Origin: a virus
Virus record (IMG/VR): IMGVR_UViG_3300029360_000019
Reading direction: 5' to 3' (one strand)
DNA length: 43,197 nucleotides
Positions 9,792 through 18,347 of this stretch are shown piece by piece. The notes beneath the pieces were generated by a model that did not search any database, was not told where the DNA came from, and worked only from the letters and a program-made list of their open reading frames with translations. How positions within the stretch are numbered: the first letter of the stretch is position 1; each line of letters starts with the position of its first letter. The position numbers and the translations under genes were made by a program.

Positions 9792-10316
9792 TTACTGTGC
9801 GGCAGTAAACTCGATCTTGCCGGCAGCGCCCTTCCCCACGGTTCCCAAAGTGCGGGTCCCGCCGTAGGTAATCTCACTGGCAATGTTTAGGGTACCGCCG
9901 CCTTCGCCGCCGATGGAGGTCACGGCAATGGCGCAGGAATCATAGCGCTCGGCAAACTTTGCATCGCCGCTGGTGGCGTAGAAGTGGCCGATCATCATGT
10001 CCTGGTTGGCCAGCGCCTGCGCATCGTGGTCTTTTACGGCCAAATTCCACATCTTCACGGCTGCTGCATCACCAGCATCCAAGGGGATGGGGTCAAAGGT
10101 CTGTGTAATAACGGGCTTTTTCATGGTTGTGAATGTGTTCCCCAGCACATCCTGCTTGCTCTCCTGGCCCCAGTCCATTTCCTCGCTGCTGTCCTCCACC
10201 CGCTTGCCGATAGCACTCCACACAGGAGACTCGGAGGAGCCCGTATTCAGGTATGCGATCAAAAGTTCGCGGTCAATGGTCTGACCTTCCGGTGTTGTAA
10301 AAGTCAAATCTGGCAT
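9792..10316 (-). CDS. Major tail protein
   Basis: 174 codons. Called from position and resemblance to TP901-1/phi13-type major tail proteins. Confidence 0.75.
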   Translation of the reverse strand: MPDLTFTTPEGQTIDRELLIAYLNTGSSESPVWSAIGKRVEDSSEEMDWGQESKQDVLGNTFTTMKKPVITQTFDPIPLDAGDAAAVKMWNLAVKDHDAQALANQDMMIGHFYATSGDAKFAERYDSCAIAVTSIGGEGGGTLNIASEITYGGTRTLGTVGKGAAGKIEFTAAQ

Positions 10317-10762
10317 TATGTATTCACCTCGTAATTCATTTTCATTAAGATTTGATGATCTTCGTCGCCGTTTTCATACACAGCGAACAAAGAAGATCGC
10401 GTAGTAGGCTCCAGGCTTACAACGCGTTTTCCGGTACCAATGTCGGGGCGCTTGCCGGTCGCCCAATCTCCGATAGCGTTTAACAGTTCGTCAGCCTTGA
10501 GCCGTTTGTCGTTGCTGTTCCCCGGCTTCACTCGGTAGATTATCTTGAACTGATACTCCGCCACATAACCGCCGGCGATATACCTCCGCACGATGTACGC
10601 CGCCTGAATGGTGGACATCGCCATAGCGGAAGTATCTGCAGGAAGAAACTCAAAGCGTATAATGTCGACTGGCAACTCCGCGTATGTGTTCAGCCACACA
10701 AGTAGCTTGCGCGATACCTGATCTTCTTCCGCCGCCGACACGGCCTTTTTAATCTTTTCCAA
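10316..10762 (-). CDS. Tail completion / head-tail joining protein
   Basis: 148 codons, stop-start coupled within the connector block. Confidence 0.6.
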   Translation of the reverse strand: MEKIKKAVSAAEEDQVSRKLLVWLNTYAELPVDIIRFEFLPADTSAMAMSTIQAAYIVRRYIAGGYVAEYQFKIIYRVKPGNSNDKRLKADELLNAIGDWATGKRPDIGTGKRVVSLEPTTRSSLFAVYENGDEDHQILMKMNYEVNT

Positions 10763-11168
10763 ATTTCTTCACCGCCTTATCTGCCACCCGCACCCACTTC
10801 TCCATGTTCTGCGCTTTGGAAGCCTCAAACCAATGGCTCTGTGCTTGCGGGTGCATCGCCTTGGAAAATACAAGGTCTCGGTTTGTCAAAACCTTCGTCC
10901 CGCCATTTGGCGCAAAGGTGCTGCCGGTTTGCGGATCAACCATGACTTTGCCGTAGTACAAAAACCGCGCATAAGGCCCGGGGTAAATAATTTTGTTGCC
11001 GTCTAACCTCGTGCGTATTGTTAAAGATCCTGTAAGTGCAGGGACAAACGGCGCGGTGTCTTTTATGACCTGCTGCCCCACAATGCTTTCAGCGCGGGTG
11101 CAGCTCTCAGCCAGTTTGTCCTTGATGGCCTCCATGCCGCCAAAATGCATCGCAAAGGTAACGGCCAC
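10749..11168 (-). CDS. HK97-gp10-like head-tail joining (minor capsid) protein
   Basis: 139 codons. The motif region PFVPALTGSL...YARFLYYG is typical of this family. Confidence 0.65.
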   Translation of the reverse strand: MAVTFAMHFGGMEAIKDKLAESCTRAESIVGQQVIKDTAPFVPALTGSLTIRTRLDGNKIIYPGPYARFLYYGKVMVDPQTGSTFAPNGGTKVLTNRDLVFSKAMHPQAQSHWFEASKAQNMEKWVRVADKAVKKFGKD

Positions 11169-11618
11169 TTATTTCCCACCCACTTCCCAATGCTGCATAT
11201 CTGCGCTGCCAAAGTCTTTTGCGTCAACCTTAGTCACATTCCAGCAATTATCGTGCGCCAATGCCACGCCCTCGTTGTCCGTTACAAATTCGCCTTTGAC
11301 GAAAAATGTATCGCCACCATTGCCGGTGGTGGATAGCGTCCATAGGCCCGCCCTGTCGCTTGAGGCAAAAAATGCTTGCGGCTCTGTATATGTCTTGGGC
11401 TTTCCGCTAAATCCATCCACAGCTTTTACCGTAAATGGGATATACAGGTTTACTGCGTCGGCGCCTTCAAGCCCGCTTTTGCGCACGTTAACTCCCTTTG
11501 CCGCCTCGCAGAACACGCCATCAAGCACGGTTACATATAGGTTTGTGACATCTTTTAGCGTGGCAGGGTCCGGTTCACGCACGACGTTGTAAACCGTTAC
11601 AGTGTGGGGAGTGTACAT
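11169..11618 (-). CDS. Head closure / connector-block protein
   Basis: Start set at ATG 11618 behind GGAGGTGG. Called from gene order only. Confidence 0.55.
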   Translation of the reverse strand: MYTPHTVTVYNVVREPDPATLKDVTNLYVTVLDGVFCEAAKGVNVRKSGLEGADAVNLYIPFTVKAVDGFSGKPKTYTEPQAFFASSDRAGLWTLSTTGNGGDTFFVKGEFVTDNEGVALAHDNCWNVTKVDAKDFGSADMQHWEVGGK

Positions 11619-12031
11619 CTGCAACCACCTCCGCGATACAGCAGCCCTGTATGGGCAAGGTATTCCATGCATGTTTCCGCCAGCAATTTTCTTGCGCCGT
11701 CCGTGGCACTCAATGCAGCAGCGGCGCTTTCCCCGCCGCTGGCCAGTGTGCGAGAATACCCGCCTACCGTTTCACTTTTCACGTCACCGCCGGTAAGCGC
11801 ATCCGTCAGCCTGGTTGCGGCAAGTTGCTGCGCGGTCTCGATCAACTGATACTTGTCCACCAATGCGCAGCAACACATCTTTACAGCGTCCATATCAGCG
11901 TTGTTTTTCGCCCGGTTTTGGGTGTAGTAATCGAGGAAGGAGCTGGCCCGAACAGCCAGACGCGGAAAATCTTCCTCGCTCACAGAACCCATATAGATTC
12001 CGGCGTAGTATGTATAATCAGCGTATGTCAT
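11597..12031 (-). CDS. Head-tail connector (gp6-like adaptor)
   Basis: 144 codons directly after the capsid gene. N-terminal YADYTYY...FPRLAVRASSFLDYYT pattern. Confidence 0.65.
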   Translation of the reverse strand: MTYADYTYYAGIYMGSVSEEDFPRLAVRASSFLDYYTQNRAKNNADMDAVKMCCCALVDKYQLIETAQQLAATRLTDALTGGDVKSETVGGYSRTLASGGESAAAALSATDGARKLLAETCMEYLAHTGLLYRGGGCRCTLPTL

Positions 12032-12051
12032 ACGGGTCAGCTCCTTTCAAA

Positions 12052-13266
12052 TCAAGAAACGGTAACGGTAGCAGTTCCGGTCTTGGTGCCGTCCTGTTTG
12101 GACTTGGCCGTGACGGTGATACTGGTCTTTGTCTCAGCGGAGTCGATAGTCAGCAAGCCGTCTTCGCTGATCTTGGACTTCGTGCCATTCTGGCTCCACT
12201 CGACCTCTCCGTTGATGATACCCTCGCCGGTAACGGCAGCAGTAAACGCCTTGCTATCGCCCTTTGCCATCGTCGCGGTAGCGGGCGAGACGGTAACAGC
12301 GGAGATGTCGCCGCCCTTTCCGTACACGGAGAACGGGAACGGATTAGCCTTGTCCACATTGTAAGCATTGACGGGATTCGCGATCTCCCAGCCAAGACGC
12401 ATGACCGCACGGAGGGCGACCATATCGTTCTGCATCAGGTTGTAGGTGATGTCCTTGGTGGTGGGGTCCTGGATCACGCCCTCGGTGAAGATTTTGAAGG
12501 TCATATCCTGCCGGATGGCGTACACCAGCTGAGACCAGTCACCCACGATCATCTGGGCCTGATTGGGGTCGAAAGCGCCGTTCATGGGAAAATACATGTC
12601 CATGCCGTCAAGGCCGTAGCGGGTAGATCCCTGCATATCGGACTTGAAGATAGGCTGGCCGGTGGTGTCCTTCAGACCACGAAGCTTGCCGCGCATCTGG
12701 ATGGCAGACATAACGCCGTTGGGGTTAAAGCCGTCCAGCTCGACCTTGGAGATCAGGCCGTTTTCGCCCATGATGTCGCTGAAAATGTCGGAGCTGATGG
12801 GCACACCGTTGCCGGCAGCGACAGCAGCAGGAACAACGCCAGTGCGCCAAGTGCTCGGCTTGTTCGTGCCGAACAGAATAGCCGCGTCGATGACCTTGCC
12901 GAAAGCCTCGGTCAGGCGGGGCTTGACTTCGCCCCAAATGTCATAGTCCGCATCGTCCAAGGCAGCTTCAGGGATGGGGACGATAACAGCGATTTCCTCG
13001 GCGTACAGCTTCTTCTTGTCCCACGCCATCTTGGTGGTCTGCTTGAATGCCTCACCGGCGCCGCCGTCAGTGGCCTCGCCGTTGACGAAATACGCGGAGG
13101 GAAGCGCGTCGAGCACGTTGATGGTTTGCGTCTTGCTGGACATATTTGCCAGTCTGCGACCCATGCGGAGCACTGCGGATTCCGCGATAGCGCCCTGCAT
13201 GATTTCACGGGTTACGGGTTCCGGGATAAGACCGGAAAGCGCGCTTCTGTCAATGATGTTTGCCAT
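12052..13266 (-). CDS. Major capsid protein (HK97 fold) with C-terminal Ig-like (Big_2-type) domain
   Basis: 404 codons after the scaffold gene. C-terminal AVTVSPATATMAKGDSKAFTAAVTGEG...TVTAKSK is Ig-like. Confidence 0.9.
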   Translation of the reverse strand: MANIIDRSALSGLIPEPVTREIMQGAIAESAVLRMGRRLANMSSKTQTINVLDALPSAYFVNGEATDGGAGEAFKQTTKMAWDKKKLYAEEIAVIVPIPEAALDDADYDIWGEVKPRLTEAFGKVIDAAILFGTNKPSTWRTGVVPAAVAAGNGVPISSDIFSDIMGENGLISKVELDGFNPNGVMSAIQMRGKLRGLKDTTGQPIFKSDMQGSTRYGLDGMDMYFPMNGAFDPNQAQMIVGDWSQLVYAIRQDMTFKIFTEGVIQDPTTKDITYNLMQNDMVALRAVMRLGWEIANPVNAYNVDKANPFPFSVYGKGGDISAVTVSPATATMAKGDSKAFTAAVTGEGIINGEVEWSQNGTKSKISEDGLLTIDSAETKTSITVTAKSKQDGTKTGTATVTVS

Positions 13267-13284
13267 GTGTTTTTCTTCCTTTCT

Positions 13285-13791
13285 TTACTTCAATGCGCCG
13301 CGAATGAGACTATTCATTGCGGCATTGATATCCACTTTCTTTTCGCCGCCGCCTGCAGGTGCCGTCCAATCAAACTTGACCTTTTGCCGGTTTTCTGTGA
13401 GCTTATCCACGGCCTGCTCAAAAGTGGTCTTGTCGTCCACCATCCTGAGAGCCTTAAACGCGATAAACTCTGCATCATCGCCGGTCAGCCCTTTGGAAAG
13501 CACGTATTTGTCGCGCTTCATCTGCTCGATCTCCGTCTGTGCGGCGGTCAGGGCGGACTTGCTTTCCGCAAGCTCTTTGTCGCGCTTTGCCTGCCGTTCC
13601 TGCTCGGTTTGCTGGCCGTCTTTCCATGTGCGGTATGCGGTGATTTCTTCCTCACTGGGGATGCCCTTCATTGCCTTTGCAAGGCGCTTGCCGATCATGG
13701 CATCCACTTCCTCCTGCGTGAAGGTCTTCGCAGGTGTGGCCTCCGGCGCATTGGCCGGGATCTGATTGGTGTTGGTGCTAATTTCGCTCAT
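13285..13791 (-). CDS. Scaffolding protein
   Basis: 168 codons, charged and coiled-coil-rich, immediately upstream of the capsid gene. Confidence 0.8.
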   Translation of the reverse strand: MSEISTNTNQIPANAPEATPAKTFTQEEVDAMIGKRLAKAMKGIPSEEEITAYRTWKDGQQTEQERQAKRDKELAESKSALTAAQTEIEQMKRDKYVLSKGLTGDDAEFIAFKALRMVDDKTTFEQAVDKLTENRQKVKFDWTAPAGGGEKKVDINAAMNSLIRGALK

Positions 13792-13854
13792 TTGATTTAC
13801 CTCCGTTTATTTTCTGGGCCGTCGCCCAGCGGTTTAACGCCTCTCGGCATGGAT

Positions 13855-13907
13855 CACAAAACAAAAAAGAGCCAACCGACTACAAAACAACATAGTCAGT
13901 TGGCTCT
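13855..13907 (-). terminator. Intrinsic terminator ending the antirepressor cassette, inside the late gene block
   Basis: Stem 13868-13876 / 13899-13907 plus an inner 4 bp. On the minus strand it is followed by TTTTTTGTTTTG. Confidence 0.7.
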
Positions 13908-13968
13908 TCGTGCCACTTCCGCGCGCCCAATTGCGCTGCGGGAATGTTATTCAGTTTGGGTTATTATG

Positions 13969-14709
13969 TCATGCCACGCCCAGGAACAGCAAGCGAAATG
14001 TTTCTCTTCCCTTCGGCGTGATAAGCGTCTGTGCACCGCTCCAATTCGTCTTTTCATTCACCGATTCCTTGACTTCAAACAAGCCATCGTTCTTGTGCTC
14101 ATACGGCAACAGTTTGCCCTTCTTGTCGCGGTAAATATATTTCTTTTCCAGCAGGAAAGAAACAAACTTCTTGGGCGGCACATCCAGTGCCTTTGCGGTC
14201 TCCCGGAAGTTCATCAGCGTGTTCCGCTCCACAAGCTGGTCGAAATAATCAGCTTTCGGAAGCATGATCTGATTTTCAACCGTCAGCGCGGAGATACGGG
14301 CGTCACGCTCGGCAAGCGTTTTCTGCGCCATCAGCAGCGCCGATGCCATCAGTTCCTGCGGGGTCATGTTCTCCTGCCCGTTGATGTACCCGCCGTGCTT
14401 GCGGATGCTGGGGATAACATCGCTCGTTACCCATCGTTTGAATTTCCGCGCCGTCGGCAGCTTAGAGCCAAGAACAAGCGCATAAAGGCCGCTTTCGTTG
14501 ATGATAATCATTTCCTGCTGCCCGGAGGGGGTGTCCATTTTAGCTACCCCCCTATCTTCCGCGTCAACTCTTTCTCTTGCTGCCTTTGTTGCGTCCTTAT
14601 ACCCCAGCGCAGCCGCAACATCCTTGCCGACAAACCACGGCGCACCGTCGCACTCCATTGTGCGAATGTTCCCAAATTCGGGATTATTAAAAATCATCAG
14701 TTCGTTCAT
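13969..14709 (-). CDS. Antirepressor (Bro-N domain plus KilAC/ANT-type C-terminal domain)
   Basis: N-terminal FNNPEFGNIRTMECDGAPWFVGKDVAAALGY...ESGLYALVLGSKLPTARKFKRWVTSDVIPSIRKHG is the Bro-N signature. The C-terminal half resembles the phage antirepressor C-domain. Confidence 0.85.
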   Translation of the reverse strand: MNELMIFNNPEFGNIRTMECDGAPWFVGKDVAAALGYKDATKAARERVDAEDRGVAKMDTPSGQQEMIIINESGLYALVLGSKLPTARKFKRWVTSDVIPSIRKHGGYINGQENMTPQELMASALLMAQKTLAERDARISALTVENQIMLPKADYFDQLVERNTLMNFRETAKALDVPPKKFVSFLLEKKYIYRDKKGKLLPYEHKNDGLFEVKESVNEKTNWSGAQTLITPKGRETFRLLFLGVA

Positions 14710-14948
14710 GCCATGTCCTCCTTCTTCACCGGGCGCATTTTGACCTCAAGTTCAAAGCAGCCCTCTTTTCCACAGAAAATATTCTTCACGATGTAGTCCC
14801 CAAACACTTCGACCATAACATCGTCATAGTCGGGTGCGCCGTTATGGAAAAGCGAATATGCGTTTCCGTTCACGGCAACATCAACTTCTTTGGGGTTGTT
14901 AATAAGCGTGCAGGCTTCTCTAACGGTTAGCATGGTAAAAATCTCCAT
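14706..14948 (-). CDS. Hypothetical protein of the antirepressor cassette
   Basis: 80-codon ORF whose stop overlaps the antirepressor start. The start codon is uncertain (14948 or 14933). Confidence 0.5.
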   Translation of the reverse strand: MEIFTMLTVREACTLINNPKEVDVAVNGNAYSLFHNGAPDYDDVMVEVFGDYIVKNIFCGKEGCFELEVKMRPVKKEDMA

Positions 14949-14961
14949 TTCTCTTGATTTT

Positions 14962-15004
14962 CACCGAAGAGGAGGTTATAATAGATTTAACCTCTGCTTC
15001 GGTG
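14962..15004 (-). promoter_or_regulatory. Long imperfect hairpin between the RHH gene and the next ORF
   Basis: CACCGAAG...AGGTTA paired with TAACCT...CTTCGGTG (8+6 bp around a 3-nt internal mismatch). No U tract follows. Confidence 0.4.
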
Positions 15005-15049
15005 GTGGTGAATTAGGGTGTTGGTGTGGTTTGTGAGGCCGCCAACGCC

Positions 15050-15220
15050 TTAATTTTTTGCCAAAAGCAGATGAACGCCCCGCCTAATTGCCTCTGTTTG
15101 GGTAATCCCGTGTTCTCGACAATAGGAAATAAGTTTTTCGTGCGTTTCCTTATCAAATCGGACTTTAATATTTATGTCCTTCGGGTTTTCTGACTTTGGC
15201 CGTCCTGTCCTCGGAGACAT
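15050..15220 (-). CDS. Ribbon-helix-helix (CopG/Arc-like) DNA-binding protein
   Basis: Start set at ATG 15220 (AAAGAGGTGA upstream). INIKVRFDKETHEKLISYCREHGITQTEAIRRGVHLLL fits a beta-strand/helix/helix RHH layout. Confidence 0.7.
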   Translation of the reverse strand: MSPRTGRPKSENPKDINIKVRFDKETHEKLISYCREHGITQTEAIRRGVHLLLAKN

Positions 15221-15236
15221 TTTTTCACCTCTTTTC

Positions 15237-15281
15237 GTGTTCCGATAAATCAAATATAATTCACGGAACACAAAAAGTCAA
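15237..15281 (-). promoter_or_regulatory. Promoter with embedded operator for the RHH/antirepressor cassette
   Basis: Minus strand TTGACT (15281-15276), 17-nt spacer, TATATT (15258-15253). A perfect 8-bp inverted repeat GTGTTCCG/CGGAACAC (15271-15264 and 15244-15237) brackets the -10. Confidence 0.65.
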
Positions 15282-15294
15282 GAGATTTTTGAAA

Positions 15295-15423
15295 TTATTT
15301 TTTCAGCTCTTCCGCCTTGATGATCTGCGCTTTGACGCTGCCATCCTTCATGCCCTTTAGCTGTACCCGCAGGCCGTTTTTTAGTGCCTGTTCAATGGCG
15401 GCTTTTAGCTTGTCATCAATCAT
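15295..15423 (-). CDS. Small hypothetical protein (42 aa)
   Basis: ATG 15423 lies 2 nt inside the end of 15416..15625; reading frame MIDDKLKAAIEQALKNG... Below the ORF-track cutoff and translated by hand. Confidence 0.4.
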   Translation of the reverse strand: MIDDKLKAAIEQALKNGLRVQLKGMKDGSVKAQIIKAEELKK

Positions 15424-15625
15424 CCAGCACCTCAATGCTTTCGATTTCTTCCGGATAAAAAACATTGATTTCTCCGCTATCCGCTTCTACTACCATGTTA
15501 TCTTGGTCATCGTTGGATTCGAGTGCATCTAATACAGCAATTACCTTTCCCTCAAACGATTTCCCCGTTGCTGTCAAAATTTTTACACGGGGAAGTCGAT
15601 TCGCATAATCCCAAATGTTTACCAT
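15416..15625 (-). CDS. Small acidic protein; immunity candidate for the MuF C-terminal domain
   Basis: 69 codons starting immediately after the MuF stop. Acidic (many D/E) and AT-rich like the MuF 3-prime end. Confidence 0.55.
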   Translation of the reverse strand: MVNIWDYANRLPRVKILTATGKSFEGKVIAVLDALESNDDQDNMVVEADSGEINVFYPEEIESIEVLDD

Positions 15626-17269
15626 TTATTTATTCTCCTTCGGCTCTGTCGGAACTACATGAGTGCCTTTTTTTGAATAGTAAATACCTGCTCGATTTGT
15701 TTTGTGATAAGCATTATTTTTATAATAACGGCCTATCGTCGCATCTGCATTTGCAAACTCTACAATTTTAAGCGCTCCATTTTTTTGGTTTTGAATAATG
15801 ACCGCCCCCGTTCCCGAGCTGCTGTCTACAAACTCTTGCGCCTCTTGCATTGTGATTGTCATCACGCTTTGCGGAGTTTTTCCATTTGAGATTCTTTGCG
15901 CCTTATATCTTTCAAACTCCATTGTTCCTTCAATGTGTCGAGCTTGTACCTGTGGCCGGATTACTGTGGAAATCTCCCCGCTTGCAATTTTTTCTTTTAG
16001 TATAGCAATATTTTTTTCGTTTTGCAACGCCGCTTGTTCTGCTTCCGATTGGCGCTTTGCTTTTAATGCTTGCGCCGCCGCCTCGCTTTTTTCGTCGCCG
16101 TAAAGCACTTTTAGTCTCTCTCTCTGCTCCGGCAGCCCCGCCGCCTTGCTAAACTCCTTGTATTTGGCATTTAAACGCCGCAGCTTAATGTTTGCGGTGG
16201 TGGCGTCGCCGGTAAGCCCTGCGGCCTCATATGCGGTTTTAAGCCGCTTTTGCTTGCGTATGGTGCGCTCTATGCGGCGCTGCATCTGCGTGGCCTCATA
16301 TGCAGTGTATTTCTTGCCGTCGTACTCGCAGCCAAGTCCGTCATCAATGTGCTGTAATTGCTCGTCTGTATAGGTGCGCTCCGACACGCCCTCCACCCAG
16401 GGATAGCGCCTATGGCGGCAGTTTGCGCCCTCCAGCCCGTCCACAGCGCCCAGTCCGCAAGCATCGTATATGCTTGGGTAAATATCGCCGGTGCGTATGC
16501 TGTAAACCTTGCCCTGCCACTCCTTATGCGATGACCACGGGGACAGGCCGGGTACATCACGCGCCCCGGCGTGGGCGGACACCTCATAATACGGGGTTTC
16601 TAAGTATTCCGCCGATTGCTCGGTATATTTGGCGCAAAGCTGGGAAACGCCCGTCATTACCGCCCTGCGGGCCGCTACATCGATAGAATCATGGTGGCCG
16701 CTCTCATAGTCAACCACCTTTAAGCCGCCGTCTGCAAGCTGCTTTACCGCCATCTTGATAGCCTGACTATAGTTGATCGCGCCGCTCTGCACCTGCATCG
16801 CCGCATTGTCAAGCGCCCATTGGTAAGCTTTGGCTGGGGGCAGCATCGTGCGCCCGTTGTCCACCAAAAAGCCCATCGACCGGGTTATGTTGCGCAAGTC
16901 CCGTTTGGTCTGCTGGTATATGGCCCAGGTGTCCTCGATGCTTACCAGCGTTTCCGGCTGAGTGATATGTGCAAGGTCAATGACGTTGGTGTAATACTGC
17001 TGATTGCGTTCCACAACATCATCAAGCAGCTTGTTTAATTTCTGCTCACTGATGCCGGTTGCTTTTTGTATGGCCTTTTTAATCTCTTTAAGGTCACTGC
17101 CATGCGCCCGCAGCGCCTTAATGTCCTGCACCGTGACCTCGTTCAGCTCGTCCGCAGCTCTTAGCCGGGAGCAGATTTCATCCAGCAGCGTGATTTCAAG
17201 CGCCCGGAACAGCTCTGCCAGTTCTTCCGGCAGCGCGTCAAGAACTTCCGGCTGAAACGGATATTTCAT
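15626..17269 (-). CDS. Head morphogenesis protein (SPP1 gp7 / Mu F family) with extra C-terminal toxin-like domain
   Basis: 547 codons after the portal block. NCRHRRYPW region typical of MuF. A coiled-coil linker is followed by about 115 aa containing QARHIEGT...IYYSKKGTHVVP. Confidence 0.85.
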   Translation of the reverse strand: MKYPFQPEVLDALPEELAELFRALEITLLDEICSRLRAADELNEVTVQDIKALRAHGSDLKEIKKAIQKATGISEQKLNKLLDDVVERNQQYYTNVIDLAHITQPETLVSIEDTWAIYQQTKRDLRNITRSMGFLVDNGRTMLPPAKAYQWALDNAAMQVQSGAINYSQAIKMAVKQLADGGLKVVDYESGHHDSIDVAARRAVMTGVSQLCAKYTEQSAEYLETPYYEVSAHAGARDVPGLSPWSSHKEWQGKVYSIRTGDIYPSIYDACGLGAVDGLEGANCRHRRYPWVEGVSERTYTDEQLQHIDDGLGCEYDGKKYTAYEATQMQRRIERTIRKQKRLKTAYEAAGLTGDATTANIKLRRLNAKYKEFSKAAGLPEQRERLKVLYGDEKSEAAAQALKAKRQSEAEQAALQNEKNIAILKEKIASGEISTVIRPQVQARHIEGTMEFERYKAQRISNGKTPQSVMTITMQEAQEFVDSSSGTGAVIIQNQKNGALKIVEFANADATIGRYYKNNAYHKTNRAGIYYSKKGTHVVPTEPKENK

Positions 17270-17885
17270 TTGCTTTCCTCCGTTTCACAATATCATCATA
17301 GTGCGGTTTTACTCGAATTACATTCCAGTCGCATTCCTCCGGCACTTTCCCGTAAAATATCACCCATTCCGGCGAGAGCCGCTTCATCATTTCCTCGTAG
17401 CCGCGCAGAAACAGCTTCTTGCTTTCCTTGTTCTGCTGTGTGCCTACTGAACTAACCGCAACAATTCCCCCAACAGGCTCACCATCAAAGCACCAATCGT
17501 AACTGTTCTCGTCGCTCCATGAGATCGTTGGATAGACCGTCATGCCGTGCATTTGCCAGTATGCCGCCAGCCAGTGCTTGCGGTAATGGTTGTATATCTG
17601 CACCGAAAGCGGCATATCCGTGTATGTAGAGAAGTCCGGTGCGCACACCGCCGCAAACTGCGACAGCTTTGGAATGTACTTGTCCGGCGTGTTCCAGTAT
17701 CGAATGAATTGGTAATCGTCCACGAAGAAATGCACGACCTTGCTTTGCGTGTCTTTCGCTGTGTAATGGTAATTTACAGGAATAAACTCTCCCTGCGGGT
17801 ACGACTTGACCGGCTCGATCTGCGGAATGTCGTACTTGCCAACGCCGGGGAATGTAAACTTGTCAAGATTTTCAAAGTTAATCAT
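17238..17885 (-). CDS. DUF4417-like protein
   Basis: HFFVDDYQF...WNTP...APDFSTYTDMP...QIYNHYRKHW pattern. Inserted between the portal and MuF genes. Confidence 0.65.
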   Translation of the reverse strand: MINFENLDKFTFPGVGKYDIPQIEPVKSYPQGEFIPVNYHYTAKDTQSKVVHFFVDDYQFIRYWNTPDKYIPKLSQFAAVCAPDFSTYTDMPLSVQIYNHYRKHWLAAYWQMHGMTVYPTISWSDENSYDWCFDGEPVGGIVAVSSVGTQQNKESKKLFLRGYEEMMKRLSPEWVIFYGKVPEECDWNVIRVKPHYDDIVKRRKANEISVSAGSS

Positions 17886-17891
17886 GCCATC

Positions 17892-18347
17892 TTAATAACC
17901 GATTATCTTTTTCTTGAACGCTTTCCACGCAGGGTCGCCGGGGTGTGTGCTTCTATGGTCAATCCAAAATTTCGCACTTGTTTCTTTTTCGATTAGCGAC
18001 CGAAGGCGACCGTACTGATCGGATGCTCTGCGTAAACTGTCTATGCTATTGTTTACTTTTTCTTTCAATATTTTGCTATTAGCCGTTTGGAAAGCATCTC
18101 GCGTTTGTTTTACCCATGTTTGCATGTCTTTAGTCGATGTGATAAAGTTAAGCGCTTCTGTCCTGAACCCGGATTCAGTTTTATACATCTCTCCAACAAG
18201 AGTGTCGTAAACTTTATCTCTGATTTCGTTGGCCCACCTGACTTGCTTTTCGGTCCCGGTTAGTGCCGGGAAGTTCTCCAAAGGGCGCTGCACTTTGGGC
18301 AAACCTCCGCCACCTCCGCCGCCACCGGCTCCACCTCTGCCGCCCAT
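17892..18347 (-). CDS. Hypothetical protein with poly-Gly N-terminus
   Basis: Start set at ATG 18347, overlapping the portal stop (GTGATGG). GGRGGAGGGGGGGG is followed by a helical region. Confidence 0.55.
   Translation of the reverse strand: MGGRGGAGGGGGGGGLPKVQRPLENFPALTGTEKQVRWANEIRDKVYDTLVGEMYKTESGFRTEALNFITSTKDMQTWVKQTRDAFQTANSKILKEKVNNSIDSLRRASDQYGRLRSLIEKETSAKFWIDHRSTHPGDPAWKAFKKKIIGY

Noticed and set aside
11815-14796. 993-codon plus-strand ORF running antisense to the connector, capsid, scaffold and antirepressor genes
   Set aside because: It is exactly in register with three minus-strand genes that share one phase (starts 13266, 13791, 14709). In that register antisense stops arise only from sense TTA, CTA or TCA codons, which these genes avoid. 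It also crosses intergenic gaps and a terminator, has no RBS, and has an Arg/Leu/Gly/His-heavy composition. It is a shadow ORF.
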